Made by a program: the position numbers and the translations under genes. The notes below the pieces were generated by a model, which was given only the letters and a program-made list of their open reading frames with translations, made no database searches and was not told the DNA's origin. Source: Candidatus Latescibacterota bacterium (GTDB lineage Bacteria > Latescibacterota > UBA2968 > GCA-2709665). From it: 64,000 bases of DNA. Of this stretch, positions 1 through 9,884 are shown in pieces. The DNA lies in assembly GCA_963662665.2 (NCBI GenBank), contig CAXXJS010000049.1, forward strand, positions 1-64,000, written 5' to 3'. The stretch's first letter is position 1; each line of letters starts with the position of its first letter.

Positions 1-21
1 GCTGTTTTTTTCGGATTGGGG
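1..21 (+). mobile_element. Right end of an IS1380-like MITE copy (cut by window edge)
   Basis: gctgtttttttcggattgggg followed by ttaa matches the end of the 6029-6220 element (gctgtttttttcgaattgggg then ctaa) at 20/21 nt. Confidence 0.7.
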
Positions 22-46
22 TTAATCACCAGAAGGAGGTCTCTTC

Positions 47-574
47 GTGAAGAAGTGTGTACTCGCTGTCGTTCTATCTGCTATTGTTCTGTTCGCATGG
101 GGGTTTCTCTCGTGGGCGATATTGCCGTGGCATAATGCGGTAGCGAACAAATTCGAAGATGAATCGGCTGTTTCAGAGGTCCTCAAGGAAAACGCTCCGG
201 CCGCGGGAATGTACTATCTCCCAGTCGCCCAGGAAGATCTCAGTCCGGGGGCGCTGTTCGCCCTTGCGAACGTCTTGCCCGACGGCTTCGATATGGGCAT
301 GGGCGGGATGATGGGACTTGGCCTGCTCGGGCAGGCGGTGTCCGCGATGCTCGTCCTTCTTCTGCTGTGCAAGACGTCGAACCTGGACTACTGGGGTCGG
401 GTCTGCTACGTGGCGCTTGCAGGGCTGACTATCGGATTTGTGAGCCACTTTCCATATTGGAACTGGTTTGGCTTCTCCACGGCGTATACGCTCGTTATCA
501 TCGTGGACTCCCTGATCGCCTGGTTTCTGGCGGGCCTTATTATGGCCAGATTCGTGGAAGGGAAATCCGGTTAG
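47..574 (+). CDS. Hypothetical membrane protein (about 4 TM helices)
   Basis: GTG start after AAGGAGG RBS; four hydrophobic segments. Confidence 0.8.
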   Translation: MKKCVLAVVLSAIVLFAWGFLSWAILPWHNAVANKFEDESAVSEVLKENAPAAGMYYLPVAQEDLSPGALFALANVLPDGFDMGMGGMMGLGLLGQAVSAMLVLLLLCKTSNLDYWGRVCYVALAGLTIGFVSHFPYWNWFGFSTAYTLVIIVDSLIAWFLAGLIMARFVEGKSG

Positions 575-649
575 CTCGGGTTAGTCGCGAATCAATCGAC
601 TCCACGCAGCAAAATGGCATATCACGCCTTTGGTGAAGCAGGTATGAAG

Positions 650-674
650 GTGGGGCAGACATTCCTGTCTGCCC
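650..674 (+). repeat. REP-like hairpin (GTGG-GGCAGACA-ttcc-TGTCTGCC)
   Basis: Palindrome; reverse-complement copy at 13686-13710 with one mismatch. Confidence 0.75.
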
Positions 675-768
675 TTCTTGTTGTTCTTGTGCGGACATTG
701 CAGCAAGCCGTGCGCCCGCAAGGTTAACGGGTTGCGGGTCCAGGAAATGATGTCGAGCGAGGTGTCCT

Positions 769-1668
769 ATGATCAATCAGCAGTCCGGAATGTCATCGGA
801 GGCGCACAGGGCGAGCAGAACCGCGAACCTGGCGGCATGCGTGCGCGCGTATCATTGTCGCTGGCACGAGTCGCCGATCTTCGCCGACACCTGCGCATTC
901 GACATGATATCGGATTTCTGGCGGGTAATTGCCAGATACCGTCTGCTCAGCTGGATAACCGTTCACACGCTGTTCCGGGCGTTCCGCCCGATACACACGG
1001 AAATTATCCTGCGGTCCCGGTATGCCGAAGACCGCCTCATGGACGCCGTGCGTGCGGGCGTTGCGCAGTACGTCATTCTCGGGGCCGGGCTCGATACGTT
1101 TTCCATGCGCCAGGATGACCGTTCGGACAGGTTGCGGATATTCGAGCTGGATCATCCAGCGACCCAGGAAATGAAGCGTGAACGGGTGTTGAAGGTTTAC
1201 GGCGAGATTCCGGCCAATCTGGTGTTCGTTCCCATCGACTTTGAAACCGATCATCTCGACGAGGCGCTTGCGAAGGCCGGATTCGATCCTCTGACGCCGT
1301 CGTTCTTTTCCTGGCTGGGTACGACCTATTATCTCTCGAAAGACGCAATACGCGAGACGCTGGATCGCGTTGCCGGCGTTGTTGCCCCCGGCAGCCGCGT
1401 TGTTCTCGATTACAAGCTGGACCGGAGTCTGGTTCCGGTGGAGAGCCTTCCGTTCGCTGACACACTGGACCGATTCGTGGCCCGTCGCGGAGAGCCGATG
1501 CTATCCACGTTCACGCCGGAGGAGCTGAAAGACGTGATGTCCGGGTACGGCTTTGCTGAACTGGAAAACCTCCCCGCCGGCGAACAGAAACGCCGTTACC
1601 TGAACGAGAGATCCGGGCTGGTGGATCCGGCGCCGAATTTCTCATTTGCGTTATATGGCGTGTCTTGA
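769..1668 (+). CDS. Class I SAM-dependent methyltransferase, LCM/TIGR00027-like
   Basis: QYVILGAGLDT, FELDHPATQ, PIDFE and FSWLGTTYYL motifs. Confidence 0.85.
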   Translation: MINQQSGMSSEAHRASRTANLAACVRAYHCRWHESPIFADTCAFDMISDFWRVIARYRLLSWITVHTLFRAFRPIHTEIILRSRYAEDRLMDAVRAGVAQYVILGAGLDTFSMRQDDRSDRLRIFELDHPATQEMKRERVLKVYGEIPANLVFVPIDFETDHLDEALAKAGFDPLTPSFFSWLGTTYYLSKDAIRETLDRVAGVVAPGSRVVLDYKLDRSLVPVESLPFADTLDRFVARRGEPMLSTFTPEELKDVMSGYGFAELENLPAGEQKRRYLNERSGLVDPAPNFSFALYGVS

Positions 1669-1744
1669 TTTGATATCCTGACGACCATGACATGAAATTT
1701 CGTCTCTGAGCCGATTTGAAGACCCGAAACGAAGAGACCGGATA

Positions 1745-2203
1745 ATGACAGATGCAAATGGGCGGCGCGGCAAAATCACATTACGGCGGGGTCTCCTGTT
1801 GATTTTCGTCCTTGGAAGTGTCGGGCTGGGCGTGGAGTTGCTGCTGCTGGGACACTTTCAGGAGTGGCGGCAACAAGTGCCACTGGCGCTGCTGGTATCA
1901 GGTCTCGTCCTGATAGCAGCGCACATGGGGTGCAGGTGTCCGGTTGTCCTCCGGATCTTCCGGCTGGCGATGCTGGCGTTCGTGCTGGGTGGCGTCGCGG
2001 GATTCTGGTTTCATATCAATGGCAATATGGAATTCGAACTGGAGATGAATTCAAGGTTGACCGGTTGGGCCCTGGCGTCCAGGACGGCCAGCGGCGCCCT
2101 CCCGGTCCTGGCGCCCGGCGCGCTCATTCAGCTTGGTTTGATCGGCTTGCTGTACACGTATGGGCATCCGGGTCTGCGCGCTGGACAACCTGAAACGGAT
2201 TAG
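1745..2203 (+). CDS. Hypothetical membrane protein
   Basis: Four hydrophobic segments; fits co-directionally between neighbours. Confidence 0.7.
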   Translation: MTDANGRRGKITLRRGLLLIFVLGSVGLGVELLLLGHFQEWRQQVPLALLVSGLVLIAAHMGCRCPVVLRIFRLAMLAFVLGGVAGFWFHINGNMEFELEMNSRLTGWALASRTASGALPVLAPGALIQLGLIGLLYTYGHPGLRAGQPETD

Positions 2204-2227
2204 TGTATTCATGTTGGCAAATCAGCC

Positions 2228-3550
2228 ATGCCATACGCAACCGATACCCCGCTGCCCCGCGTGCGCAACGTGGAAGTGATCCCGATCGACCAGGGTGGCG
2301 AGCGGGCGTTCTACATACGCGATCCGCTGGAGATCGCAACACAGCCGCTGCTGCTCGGACCGGCGGGAATGTTCGTCCTGTCGCAACTGGACGGCCGGCG
2401 CACCATCAGTGAGATTCTCGAGTCCCTGCGAAAGGCGCTACCGAGCGGCGAGGTGGGGGTTGGCGAGATCCGTCACGTGCTGGGCAGATTGAGCGAGGGA
2501 TGCTACCTGGACGACCCCGTGGCCGCGGCCCGGTTTTCCGGGGTACGAGAGGATTTCGAGCGCGCGGACGTTCGGCGGGCATGGCACGCGGGAACCGCCT
2601 ACCCGAGCGATCCGGGGGAACTCGCCGGGATGCTCGACGGGTTCTTTGCTGAGGCGTCTTCCGAAAAGGCGCAGGACGAAGTCTCGAAGGGAGACCCGTC
2701 GACGGGGTTAGCCGCCATCATGTGCCCGCATATCGATCTGCGCGCAGGCGGGGAGTCGTATCCGCCCGCCTTCACGGCATTGGCCGATGCCGCCGATGCA
2801 TCCCGGCCGTTCGAGCTCTATGTCATTCTCGGTGTGGCGCACAATGGCGGCACCGAACCGGGAAAGAGCTTCGCCATCGCGACCGGCAAAGACTACGAGA
2901 CTCCGTTCGGGCGAGTGCCTACGAACGCCGGGGTAATTGAGGATTGGTCCGGCCGCGCCGGCCGCGACCTCACGCAGGAGCAGTGGCTCCACCGCTCGGA
3001 GCACTCGGTTGAGTTCGCTTTGCTGTTTCTTCAGTATATCCAGGCCAGGGCGGAACTGCCGCCGTTTCAGGTAGTACCGGTCCTGCTCGGAAGCGTCGAT
3101 CACTGCCTGCAGGAAGGACGGAATCCCCTGCAGGCTCCCGAAGTGTCCAACGAACTGGAGGCGCTGCGGGAGGCTGTGTCTGCGAGCGGAAAGCGTACCC
3201 TCTACGTACTCAGCGTGGACCTGGCGCATATCGGACCCAAATTCGGCCATCCCGAACGGGTCGATGATGCTGGGGCTGCCGCCTGCGAGTCGGCTGACCT
3301 CGACCTGTTGGGTTACGCGCAACGGTTCGATGCGACCGGCCTTTACCGGTCGCTGCAGGCTAACGAAAACGGCCGGAACGTGGACGCCGTCTCCGGTCTG
3401 TTTTCGCTTCATACGCTACTGGCCGGCGCCGAATGTCACGGTGAACTGCTCAGCTACGGGAAGAATCGGCAGGAGGATTCCGGGTCGCTGGTCAGCTATG
3501 CCGGCATGGCCTTCTATGCAACGCCGCCAAAGCCCGCTCAAGGCAGGTAA
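2228..3550 (+). CDS. amrB: MEMO1-family protein (AmmeMemoRadiSam protein B), long form with N-terminal extension
   Basis: RRAWHAGTAYP, PHID, LGVAH, HRSEHSVEF, SVDLAHIGPKFG and SLVSYAG motifs. Confidence 0.85.
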   Translation: MPYATDTPLPRVRNVEVIPIDQGGERAFYIRDPLEIATQPLLLGPAGMFVLSQLDGRRTISEILESLRKALPSGEVGVGEIRHVLGRLSEGCYLDDPVAAARFSGVREDFERADVRRAWHAGTAYPSDPGELAGMLDGFFAEASSEKAQDEVSKGDPSTGLAAIMCPHIDLRAGGESYPPAFTALADAADASRPFELYVILGVAHNGGTEPGKSFAIATGKDYETPFGRVPTNAGVIEDWSGRAGRDLTQEQWLHRSEHSVEFALLFLQYIQARAELPPFQVVPVLLGSVDHCLQEGRNPLQAPEVSNELEALREAVSASGKRTLYVLSVDLAHIGPKFGHPERVDDAGAAACESADLDLLGYAQRFDATGLYRSLQANENGRNVDAVSGLFSLHTLLAGAECHGELLSYGKNRQEDSGSLVSYAGMAFYATPPKPAQGR

Positions 3551-3650
3551 CCGGCCGAACATCCCGCATTCTCCCCCCGCGTCCTTGCCACTCGCGTCCA
3601 TCACCCTTACGCGTTATATTGGACGCGTTCAGTGAGTTCAGGAGGCCGAT

Positions 3651-4490
3651 ATGCCCCGGAGATGGTTGCGCATCGCCGCTGTCCAGATGCACGCCAATGA
3701 TGACATCGAGAAAAACGCATTCGGAATCGTCGAGCGATTGGAAACCTGTGCTCGTGAGAACGTCGACGTGGCGGCGTTCCACGAAGGTGTGCTATTCGGC
3801 TATTGCGACCACCCGGATTTCTGGGCAAATCTGGATCAATCCCGTATTGAAAGCGCCGAACGGCAGATCATCCGGGCCTGCCGGGAAAACGGCATCGCGG
3901 CCGTCGTCGGTTCAACCCATCAGGAAGGCGGACGCCGCTTTAACAGCTTACTCATTGTGGACAGAGACGGCACGGCGCGGGGCCGTTACGGCAAGATCCA
4001 TCTTGCCGGTGAGCGCTGGTTTGAGCCGTCGCAGCACCTGCCCGTTTACAGACTCTGCGGCGTGCACTGCTGTTTTCTGATCTGTCACGACATCCGCTAT
4101 CCCGAACTCGCGCGACTGCCCGCGGCGGCCGGCGCGCAAATTTGCTTTTTCTGCAGTTGCGAGAGTTCCGTCACTCTCGAGCATAAATTGTCGGCCTATA
4201 GGGCCATGCCCATCAGCCGCGCGACCGAGAACGGCATTTATGTAGTAATGGCCAATGCGCCGGCCGATTCCACGGATATCGACCGCGCGGGGTCATCTCA
4301 CGGGGAATCAAAGATCATTCATCCGGATGGCAATGTAATGTTGGAAGCCGGAATGTTTTCAGACGAGATCATCATCCGCAGGCTGGACCTGAGTCACGCA
4401 TCGCGAAATATCGCATTGCGCGCCGTAAACGACGTCACCTGCATCAGCGGTTGGATAAAGGAGGGCGTGAGGCTTGTAGAACGGGAATAG
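3651..4490 (+). CDS. Carbon-nitrogen hydrolase (nitrilase superfamily)
   Basis: E-K-C triad contexts: FHEG, YGKIHL, LICHDIRYPE; SRATEN. Confidence 0.9.
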   Translation: MPRRWLRIAAVQMHANDDIEKNAFGIVERLETCARENVDVAAFHEGVLFGYCDHPDFWANLDQSRIESAERQIIRACRENGIAAVVGSTHQEGGRRFNSLLIVDRDGTARGRYGKIHLAGERWFEPSQHLPVYRLCGVHCCFLICHDIRYPELARLPAAAGAQICFFCSCESSVTLEHKLSAYRAMPISRATENGIYVVMANAPADSTDIDRAGSSHGESKIIHPDGNVMLEAGMFSDEIIIRRLDLSHASRNIALRAVNDVTCISGWIKEGVRLVERE

Positions 4491-4526
4491 CCTGACGACT
4501 TGTCTCAATCGGATCGAGGAGTATGC

Positions 4527-5984
4527 ATGAAAGGGTCGAGACCGAATATCCTTTGGATTTGCACGGACCAACAGCGGTACGACACCATCGGCGCGATGGG
4601 GAACCCCCACGTCGACACGCCCAATATCGACCGCCTCGTCGCGGACGGGTTTGCATTTACGCATGCGTACTGCCAGAGTCCCATTTGCACCCCCAGCCGG
4701 GCAAGTTTTCTGACCGGACAGTACGCGAGCGCCGTCCACGTGAATGGAAACGGTAATTCACACTTTCCGGACACACCGCCGCTCGTCACGAAGTTGCTCG
4801 CCGACAGCGGTTACGATTGCGGCCTGATTGGAAAGTTGCACCTGTCCAGCGCATTCGGGCGCGTCGAAAAGCGTGTTGATGACGGGTACCGGTATTGGCA
4901 ATACAGCCACGCACCCCGGGACGATTGGGAGACGGGCCATGACTACGCCGATTGGGTCCGGTCGAACGGGGAAGTGCTTGGCGAGTTGACCAAGAATCCC
5001 GATGGCGTTCCGGCGGAACTGCACCAGACCACCTGGTGCGCCGAGAAAACCATCGAATTCTTGAGCGAAGCACGGGATTGTCCCTGGTTGGCCTCCGTGA
5101 ATATCTACGACCCCCACCCGCCGTTCAATCCGCCCGAATTGTATCGCGATCTGTTCGATCCCGAACAGGTAAATGGACCGCTGTTCAGAGTAAGCGACCT
5201 GGTACAGCAGAAGAAACTGGAAGCCGTCGACTTTCAGTCCAAAGGGCGGCATCCCGGCGACCTGGACATCAAAAGCCCGGTGATACCCTGGACGCAGACC
5301 CACGGACTGGTGGAGCCGGAAACGGCCGGAATGCGGGATGCAAAAACGCTGATCGCCGCGTATTATGCCATGATCAAGCTGATCGACGATCAGCTCGGGC
5401 GGATCCTGGCCGCTCTGGAAGCAACCGGACAGCGCGAAAACACACTGGTGATCTTCACCAGCGATCACGGGGAGATGCTGGGAGACCACGGGCTGATTCA
5501 GAAGGGATGCCGATTCTACGAAGGGCTGGTGCGGGTGCCGCTGGTCTTCTCGTGGCCGGGTGTGGTAAAATCGGGGCAAAGAAGCGATGCACTCGTCGAA
5601 CTGCGCGATATCGCCCCGATCCTGCTGGAACTGGCGGGGTTACCCGTTCCGGAGCGGATGCAGGCGCGTTCATTGGTGCCCATGCTGGTCGGCGAGAAAT
5701 CACCGGACGAACACCGCGAATTCGTCCGATGTGAATTCTACGATGCGCTGGATCAGGCCGACGGGACGTTCGCCACCATGTACCGCGACCGCCGGTACAA
5801 GCTTGTCGTCTACCACGGGCACGGCCTGGGCGAACTCTACGACCTCGAGGAAGACCCGGGGGAGTTTGAGAATCTGTGGGACAGTCCCGTTCACGCTTCT
5901 TTAAAGCTCGACCTCATGCAGCGCAGCTTCGACGCGTCCATGCTCGCCATGGACCGGGGCCCCGAACGCATCGGCCCGATGTGA
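4527..5984 (+). CDS. Formylglycine-dependent sulfatase
   Basis: PNILWICTDQQR, CTPSRASFLTG, GKLH, FTSDHGEMLGDH; GAGGAG RBS before ATG 4527. Confidence 0.92.
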   Translation: MKGSRPNILWICTDQQRYDTIGAMGNPHVDTPNIDRLVADGFAFTHAYCQSPICTPSRASFLTGQYASAVHVNGNGNSHFPDTPPLVTKLLADSGYDCGLIGKLHLSSAFGRVEKRVDDGYRYWQYSHAPRDDWETGHDYADWVRSNGEVLGELTKNPDGVPAELHQTTWCAEKTIEFLSEARDCPWLASVNIYDPHPPFNPPELYRDLFDPEQVNGPLFRVSDLVQQKKLEAVDFQSKGRHPGDLDIKSPVIPWTQTHGLVEPETAGMRDAKTLIAAYYAMIKLIDDQLGRILAALEATGQRENTLVIFTSDHGEMLGDHGLIQKGCRFYEGLVRVPLVFSWPGVVKSGQRSDALVELRDIAPILLELAGLPVPERMQARSLVPMLVGEKSPDEHREFVRCEFYDALDQADGTFATMYRDRRYKLVVYHGHGLGELYDLEEDPGEFENLWDSPVHASLKLDLMQRSFDASMLAMDRGPERIGPM

Positions 5985-6028
5985 GGGAGGGGATGGAGCT
6001 TCTCCAACTTTTCCCTTAGCGCGGCTAA

Positions 6029-6220
6029 CCTTGATTCGCCATTCTTCGGGGACGTAAAACCGAATATATGCAAGCAGATAAAGGTGATTTAACGGCTGAT
6101 TACCAGGATACACCAGGTCACTGGACGTGAACTGAAAGCATGTCCTTTTTTGACGACCGTTACGCCCCATTTCAGGGGTTTCCGTTGCGTCGCCGAGTTG
6201 CTGTTTTTTTCGAATTGGGG
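6029..6220 (+). mobile_element. IS1380-like MITE, 192 bp, flanked by CTAA target-site duplication
   Basis: Ends CCTTGATTCG...CGAATTGGGG; CTAA at 6025-6028 and 6221-6224; diverged inverted copy at 37252-37442. Confidence 0.8.
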
Positions 6221-6287
6221 CTAAGCGTTGCTCAGCCGCAACCAAATAGGCGAAAGTGAATGTGCGCGCCCTTTCAACGGTTTAATC

Positions 6288-6373
6288 ATTCCCCCCTTGA
6301 GGGGGAGTCGCAGAAGCCGATCCGATCCCTGAGCTTGTCGAAGGGCCGGCGTCGGCTGATGCGGTGGGGGAAT
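6288..6373. repeat. Compound REP-like hairpin containing TCCCTGAGCTTGTCGAAGGG (6326-6345)
   Basis: attcccccc...gggggaat closing arms; the inner 20-mer recurs as reverse complement near 13257-13275. Confidence 0.6.
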
Positions 6374-6501
6374 TTCAACGCCTTACTGTGAGCAAGCAGC
6401 TTGAATTGACATGTACGCATTTTGCACATAAGTCACACTATAAGAGTCTAATCGCGAGCATCTATGAAGACACAAAACTTCCACATTTGTCAGGAGGAAC
6501 G

Positions 6502-7278
6502 ATGGGAAACCCGGTAGTCCACTTTGAAATCGCCGGCCCCGACGGTTCCGCCTTGCAGCAGTTCTACCGGGACCTCTTCGGCTGGAATGTGCAGGCGCAA
6601 GGCGGGGAGATGGGCAACTACGGTTTGGCGCAGGCCAACGAAGGCGGCATCGGCGGCGGTATCATGGAAACCACGGAGGACATGCCTGCCAGCAACTATG
6701 TGACCTTCTACATCCAGGTCGATGACCTGCAGGCAGCCCTGGATAAGTTGTCCGGGATGGGTGGAACTGCGGTCATACCGCCGACGGAGATTGCGCCCGG
6801 CATGGGTTCCTTTGCCATGTTCATGGACCCCGCCCGCAACACCATTGGACTGTACTCGCTGCCCCACGAGTGGGACGGCGAGATGCCGCCAAAGGGCAAT
6901 GCCCCACCCGTTGTGCACTTCGAGGTGGGCGGAAGCGACGCGGAAGCTCTTAACGACTTCTACACCGGCACCTTCGGATGGCGGACCACGCTTATGCAAG
7001 AGATGAACTACCGCCTCGTAGCGCAGGAACCGGAGGGCATCGGCGGCGGCATGTTCCAACACAGGGCCGATATGCCGCCAAACGCCCCTTCGGTTGCCGT
7101 AATGGTCGACGATTTGCAGGCGTATCTCGACAAGGCGGTGAGTCTTGGCGCAACGGCCCTGATGCAACCGAACGAGATTCCCGGCGGCTTCGGTTCGCTC
7201 GCGATCTTTAACGATATCGCAGGCAACCGGATCTCCCTGTTCAAGGCACCCGAGGATCCCGCCGGACCGCAAAATTGA
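6502..7278 (+). CDS. VOC/glyoxalase family protein with two tandem domains
   Basis: Two repeats NPVVHFEI / PPVVHFEV...VDDLQA...DPARN / DIAGN; AGGAGG RBS. Confidence 0.88.
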   Translation: MGNPVVHFEIAGPDGSALQQFYRDLFGWNVQAQGGEMGNYGLAQANEGGIGGGIMETTEDMPASNYVTFYIQVDDLQAALDKLSGMGGTAVIPPTEIAPGMGSFAMFMDPARNTIGLYSLPHEWDGEMPPKGNAPPVVHFEVGGSDAEALNDFYTGTFGWRTTLMQEMNYRLVAQEPEGIGGGMFQHRADMPPNAPSVAVMVDDLQAYLDKAVSLGATALMQPNEIPGGFGSLAIFNDIAGNRISLFKAPEDPAGPQN

Positions 7279-7374
7279 CAATTCATCGGCAGCGCTGACA
7301 GGTCCGGGCGCCGCGTTGAAACGGTATCCCCACAGATCAGGTCCGGGAGCGTCGCCCCTGGTCTCGGATCGATG

Positions 7375-8631
7375 TCACTCCACCGTATATCCCTTTGACG
7401 CCCAGACCTTTTTGGCCAGCGATTTTGCCTCGTCGGACGGTTCGATGTCACCCAGGATGCTGGACGGCGGCTGTCCTTCCTTTTTTCGCGCGGGGTCGGG
7501 CGACCAGTCGTCGTCTTCGTATCGTTTCCGTACGGATTCGTCGCGGAAGTCGGGCACTTCCATCGGCGCCGAATCGTTCAGCGCCGAACGCCACGCCTGG
7601 ATGCCTGCGATACTCATGTCCAGGCCGCGGTAGACGTCGAGATAGGGTTGTTCACGCTTGCGTATCGCCTCTGCAAAGTGAAAGGTCGTAAAAAAGTCGC
7701 CCCCGCCGTGTCCGGTGCGGGTTGCCCGGTTGTGGTGTACGGGGAAGTCCGGCTTGTAGACCGTTTCGACGGGCTCGCCACTGCGTTTTTCCCACGGTTC
7801 GTACCAGACGCGCAGGCGCTGTTTGTCGCCATGGCGGCAGTTTTCCATGACACCCTTGTTGCCGTGGATACGGACGTAATTGCCGTGGCCTCGCAGCCCG
7901 CCGTGGAGGGACTTCATCACCGCGTCATTGTCCATCCGGCAGATGATCACCGCGGCGGTGTCCGAACGCCTCATGTGCAGCGTCTGGATGGGGTCGGCGA
8001 AGTCAAACGGTATGACAAAGCCGTTCACCTTCGTAGGCCGGGTGTCGGTGATATACATCACCGGGGCGATGGAATGGGTGCAATAGTACGTGGCGGGGGT
8101 CCAGTTGCGCCAGTGGTCTCGTCCGCAGCTTCGCGCCAGTTTGACTTCCGGCGGGTCCGGGTGGACGTATTCTCCCTCGCCGTACTTGAACTCGCCCACG
8201 CTACCCTTCTGATAGAGCCGCTTCATTTCCTGATTAAAGACCATGTACGGATAATTCTCGGCAAACATGTAAATCCTGCCGCTTTTTTCGACCGCACGCG
8301 CCAGGGCTACGCCTTCGCCCAGCGTGTGGCAGGCAGCGGTCTCGCTCATCACGTGCTTTTCGGCGTTGAGTGCCTTGATTGCGAACGGCGCGTGTTCGTG
8401 AAAGTAGTTCGCCAGGACGACCGCGTCCATGTCGCAGCCGAGGAATTCGTCGTAATCCACGTACGTCTGTACATTCAGCGCTTCGCCCTCCGTGAGGAGT
8501 CGCTCTTCCCAGGTGTCGCAAATTGCAACAAGTTCCATACCCGTCGCTCCAGCCGCACGGGTAAAGGAGCGGCCCCTGCCGACGCCGACCACGCCGACCC
8601 GCAAATGCTGTCTGCCGGTTTTTCTTGCCAT
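7375..8631 (-). CDS. Gfo/Idh/MocA family oxidoreductase
   Basis: VGVVGVGRG, KHVMSE, AENY, GEGEYVH and GHGGGD motifs. Confidence 0.9.
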   Translation of the reverse strand: MARKTGRQHLRVGVVGVGRGRSFTRAAGATGMELVAICDTWEERLLTEGEALNVQTYVDYDEFLGCDMDAVVLANYFHEHAPFAIKALNAEKHVMSETAACHTLGEGVALARAVEKSGRIYMFAENYPYMVFNQEMKRLYQKGSVGEFKYGEGEYVHPDPPEVKLARSCGRDHWRNWTPATYYCTHSIAPVMYITDTRPTKVNGFVIPFDFADPIQTLHMRRSDTAAVIICRMDNDAVMKSLHGGLRGHGNYVRIHGNKGVMENCRHGDKQRLRVWYEPWEKRSGEPVETVYKPDFPVHHNRATRTGHGGGDFFTTFHFAEAIRKREQPYLDVYRGLDMSIAGIQAWRSALNDSAPMEVPDFRDESVRKRYEDDDWSPDPARKKEGQPPSSILGDIEPSDEAKSLAKKVWASKGYTVE

Positions 8632-8879
8632 GGTTCAACCCCTCGGAGTTATAATGTAGTGGGCGGATTTGAAAATCCCGATACCAACATCCGGTCTACG
8701 AAAAGATAGTTCTGATTTTCGCTCTTCATATTGAATTTTCGACCGCGCCACATCTTTCGAAAACACACTTTTTTTGTTACAATAGTTAGTGGAGGGTCGA
8801 ATCAGCTGATTCGTGTCTGTTCACGTCCAATCTCTAACTTCGCATCGATCTCTCAGGATCCGGTCGGAGGCGAATCGAG

Positions 8880-9698
8880 TTGGAAACCGAGACGAAGGAA
8901 AGTACGGGACTGACACAGGCGGAACGTTATTTCTTCGACGTCAACGGCTACGTCTTGCTCGAGGGAATTTTCAGTCCGGCGGAATGCGGTCGCCTGATCG
9001 AACTCGCGGACAAGATGGACGCCGATGACGCGTGCCTATACAAGCACGACGGGTATCCGAAGACACCGGCGCTTACGGTTCTTTCGCGTTGCGCGTGGTA
9101 TCACGCCCATCTGCTGGAAACGGCATTGCATCCGGTCCTGTTTCCCGTCATTCAGGACGTGATCGGGGGCGACGTGCGCCTCGAGGAGCATCAGTATCTT
9201 ATCAACTATCCCGTTGAGCCGGAAGTAGATACCGAGTTCCGTAAATCCTGTGTGGCGGATGAAGGCTGGCACCGGGGCATCGCCCCCAACGTCGGCAGCT
9301 TTGAAGCGGACGGGCACTATCACTGTATGTTCACCAAAGCCTTCATCTACCTGACCGGTAACGGTCCCGGGGAGGGCACGTGGGTGGTGCCGGGAAGCCA
9401 TCGGATGGACCTGCCCACGGGAACGCTGCGGGAATTCATGGACGGGACCGTGGTGCGGCAACTGGAATCCCGGGCCGGGGACGTACTCATCCTGAGCGAA
9501 ACGCTGATACACGCCGGGCCCCGATTGAAAGCCGGCGCACGGCCGCGCTATTCCCTGGTCTACGGGTACACGGCGCCTTTCATGCAGACGTGGAATCGCT
9601 ACGACCCGCCGGCCGATCTGCTGGAACGGGCGACCCCCGAACAACGCAGCCTTCTGACGGGTGAACTCCGATACGGGTTCCGCCGCGGGCAATTCTGA
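8880..9698 (+). CDS. Phytanoyl-CoA dioxygenase (PhyH) family protein
   Basis: FFDVNGY, VVPGSHR, AGDVLILSETLIH; TTG start with GGAGG RBS. Confidence 0.85.
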   Translation: METETKESTGLTQAERYFFDVNGYVLLEGIFSPAECGRLIELADKMDADDACLYKHDGYPKTPALTVLSRCAWYHAHLLETALHPVLFPVIQDVIGGDVRLEEHQYLINYPVEPEVDTEFRKSCVADEGWHRGIAPNVGSFEADGHYHCMFTKAFIYLTGNGPGEGTWVVPGSHRMDLPTGTLREFMDGTVVRQLESRAGDVLILSETLIHAGPRLKAGARPRYSLVYGYTAPFMQTWNRYDPPADLLERATPEQRSLLTGELRYGFRRGQF

Positions 9699-9884
9699 GA
9701 GTCCGCGGGAGACCGGACGCGGACGCGCATCCGAACGACGGAGCTGACAAGAGCAGGGTGATCGGCGTTGACAAAACCGCAGGTTGTTACAAGTCTGAGA
9801 AAACAGACAGCCGGGCCCCGGCATCTCACCGTCTCGCAGACATCCCGCCTGGATCGGGTAGCCGGCACACGGGAGGAGTCATAT

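Noticed and set aside
5891-6073. Similar short ORFs MHIFGFTSPK (here) and MYLFGFTSPK (37398)
   Set aside because: The similarity comes from the shared MITE; both run antisense into real genes.
7648-8709. Long antisense ORFs (also 16171-17241, 20242-21474, 28710-29813, 55903-57198 and others)
   Set aside because: Shadow frames of well-supported genes in GC-rich DNA, with no family motifs.
9740-9812. Pho box upstream of the Na/Pi transporter
   Set aside because: TGACA-like words are present but not at a consistent 11-bp period.
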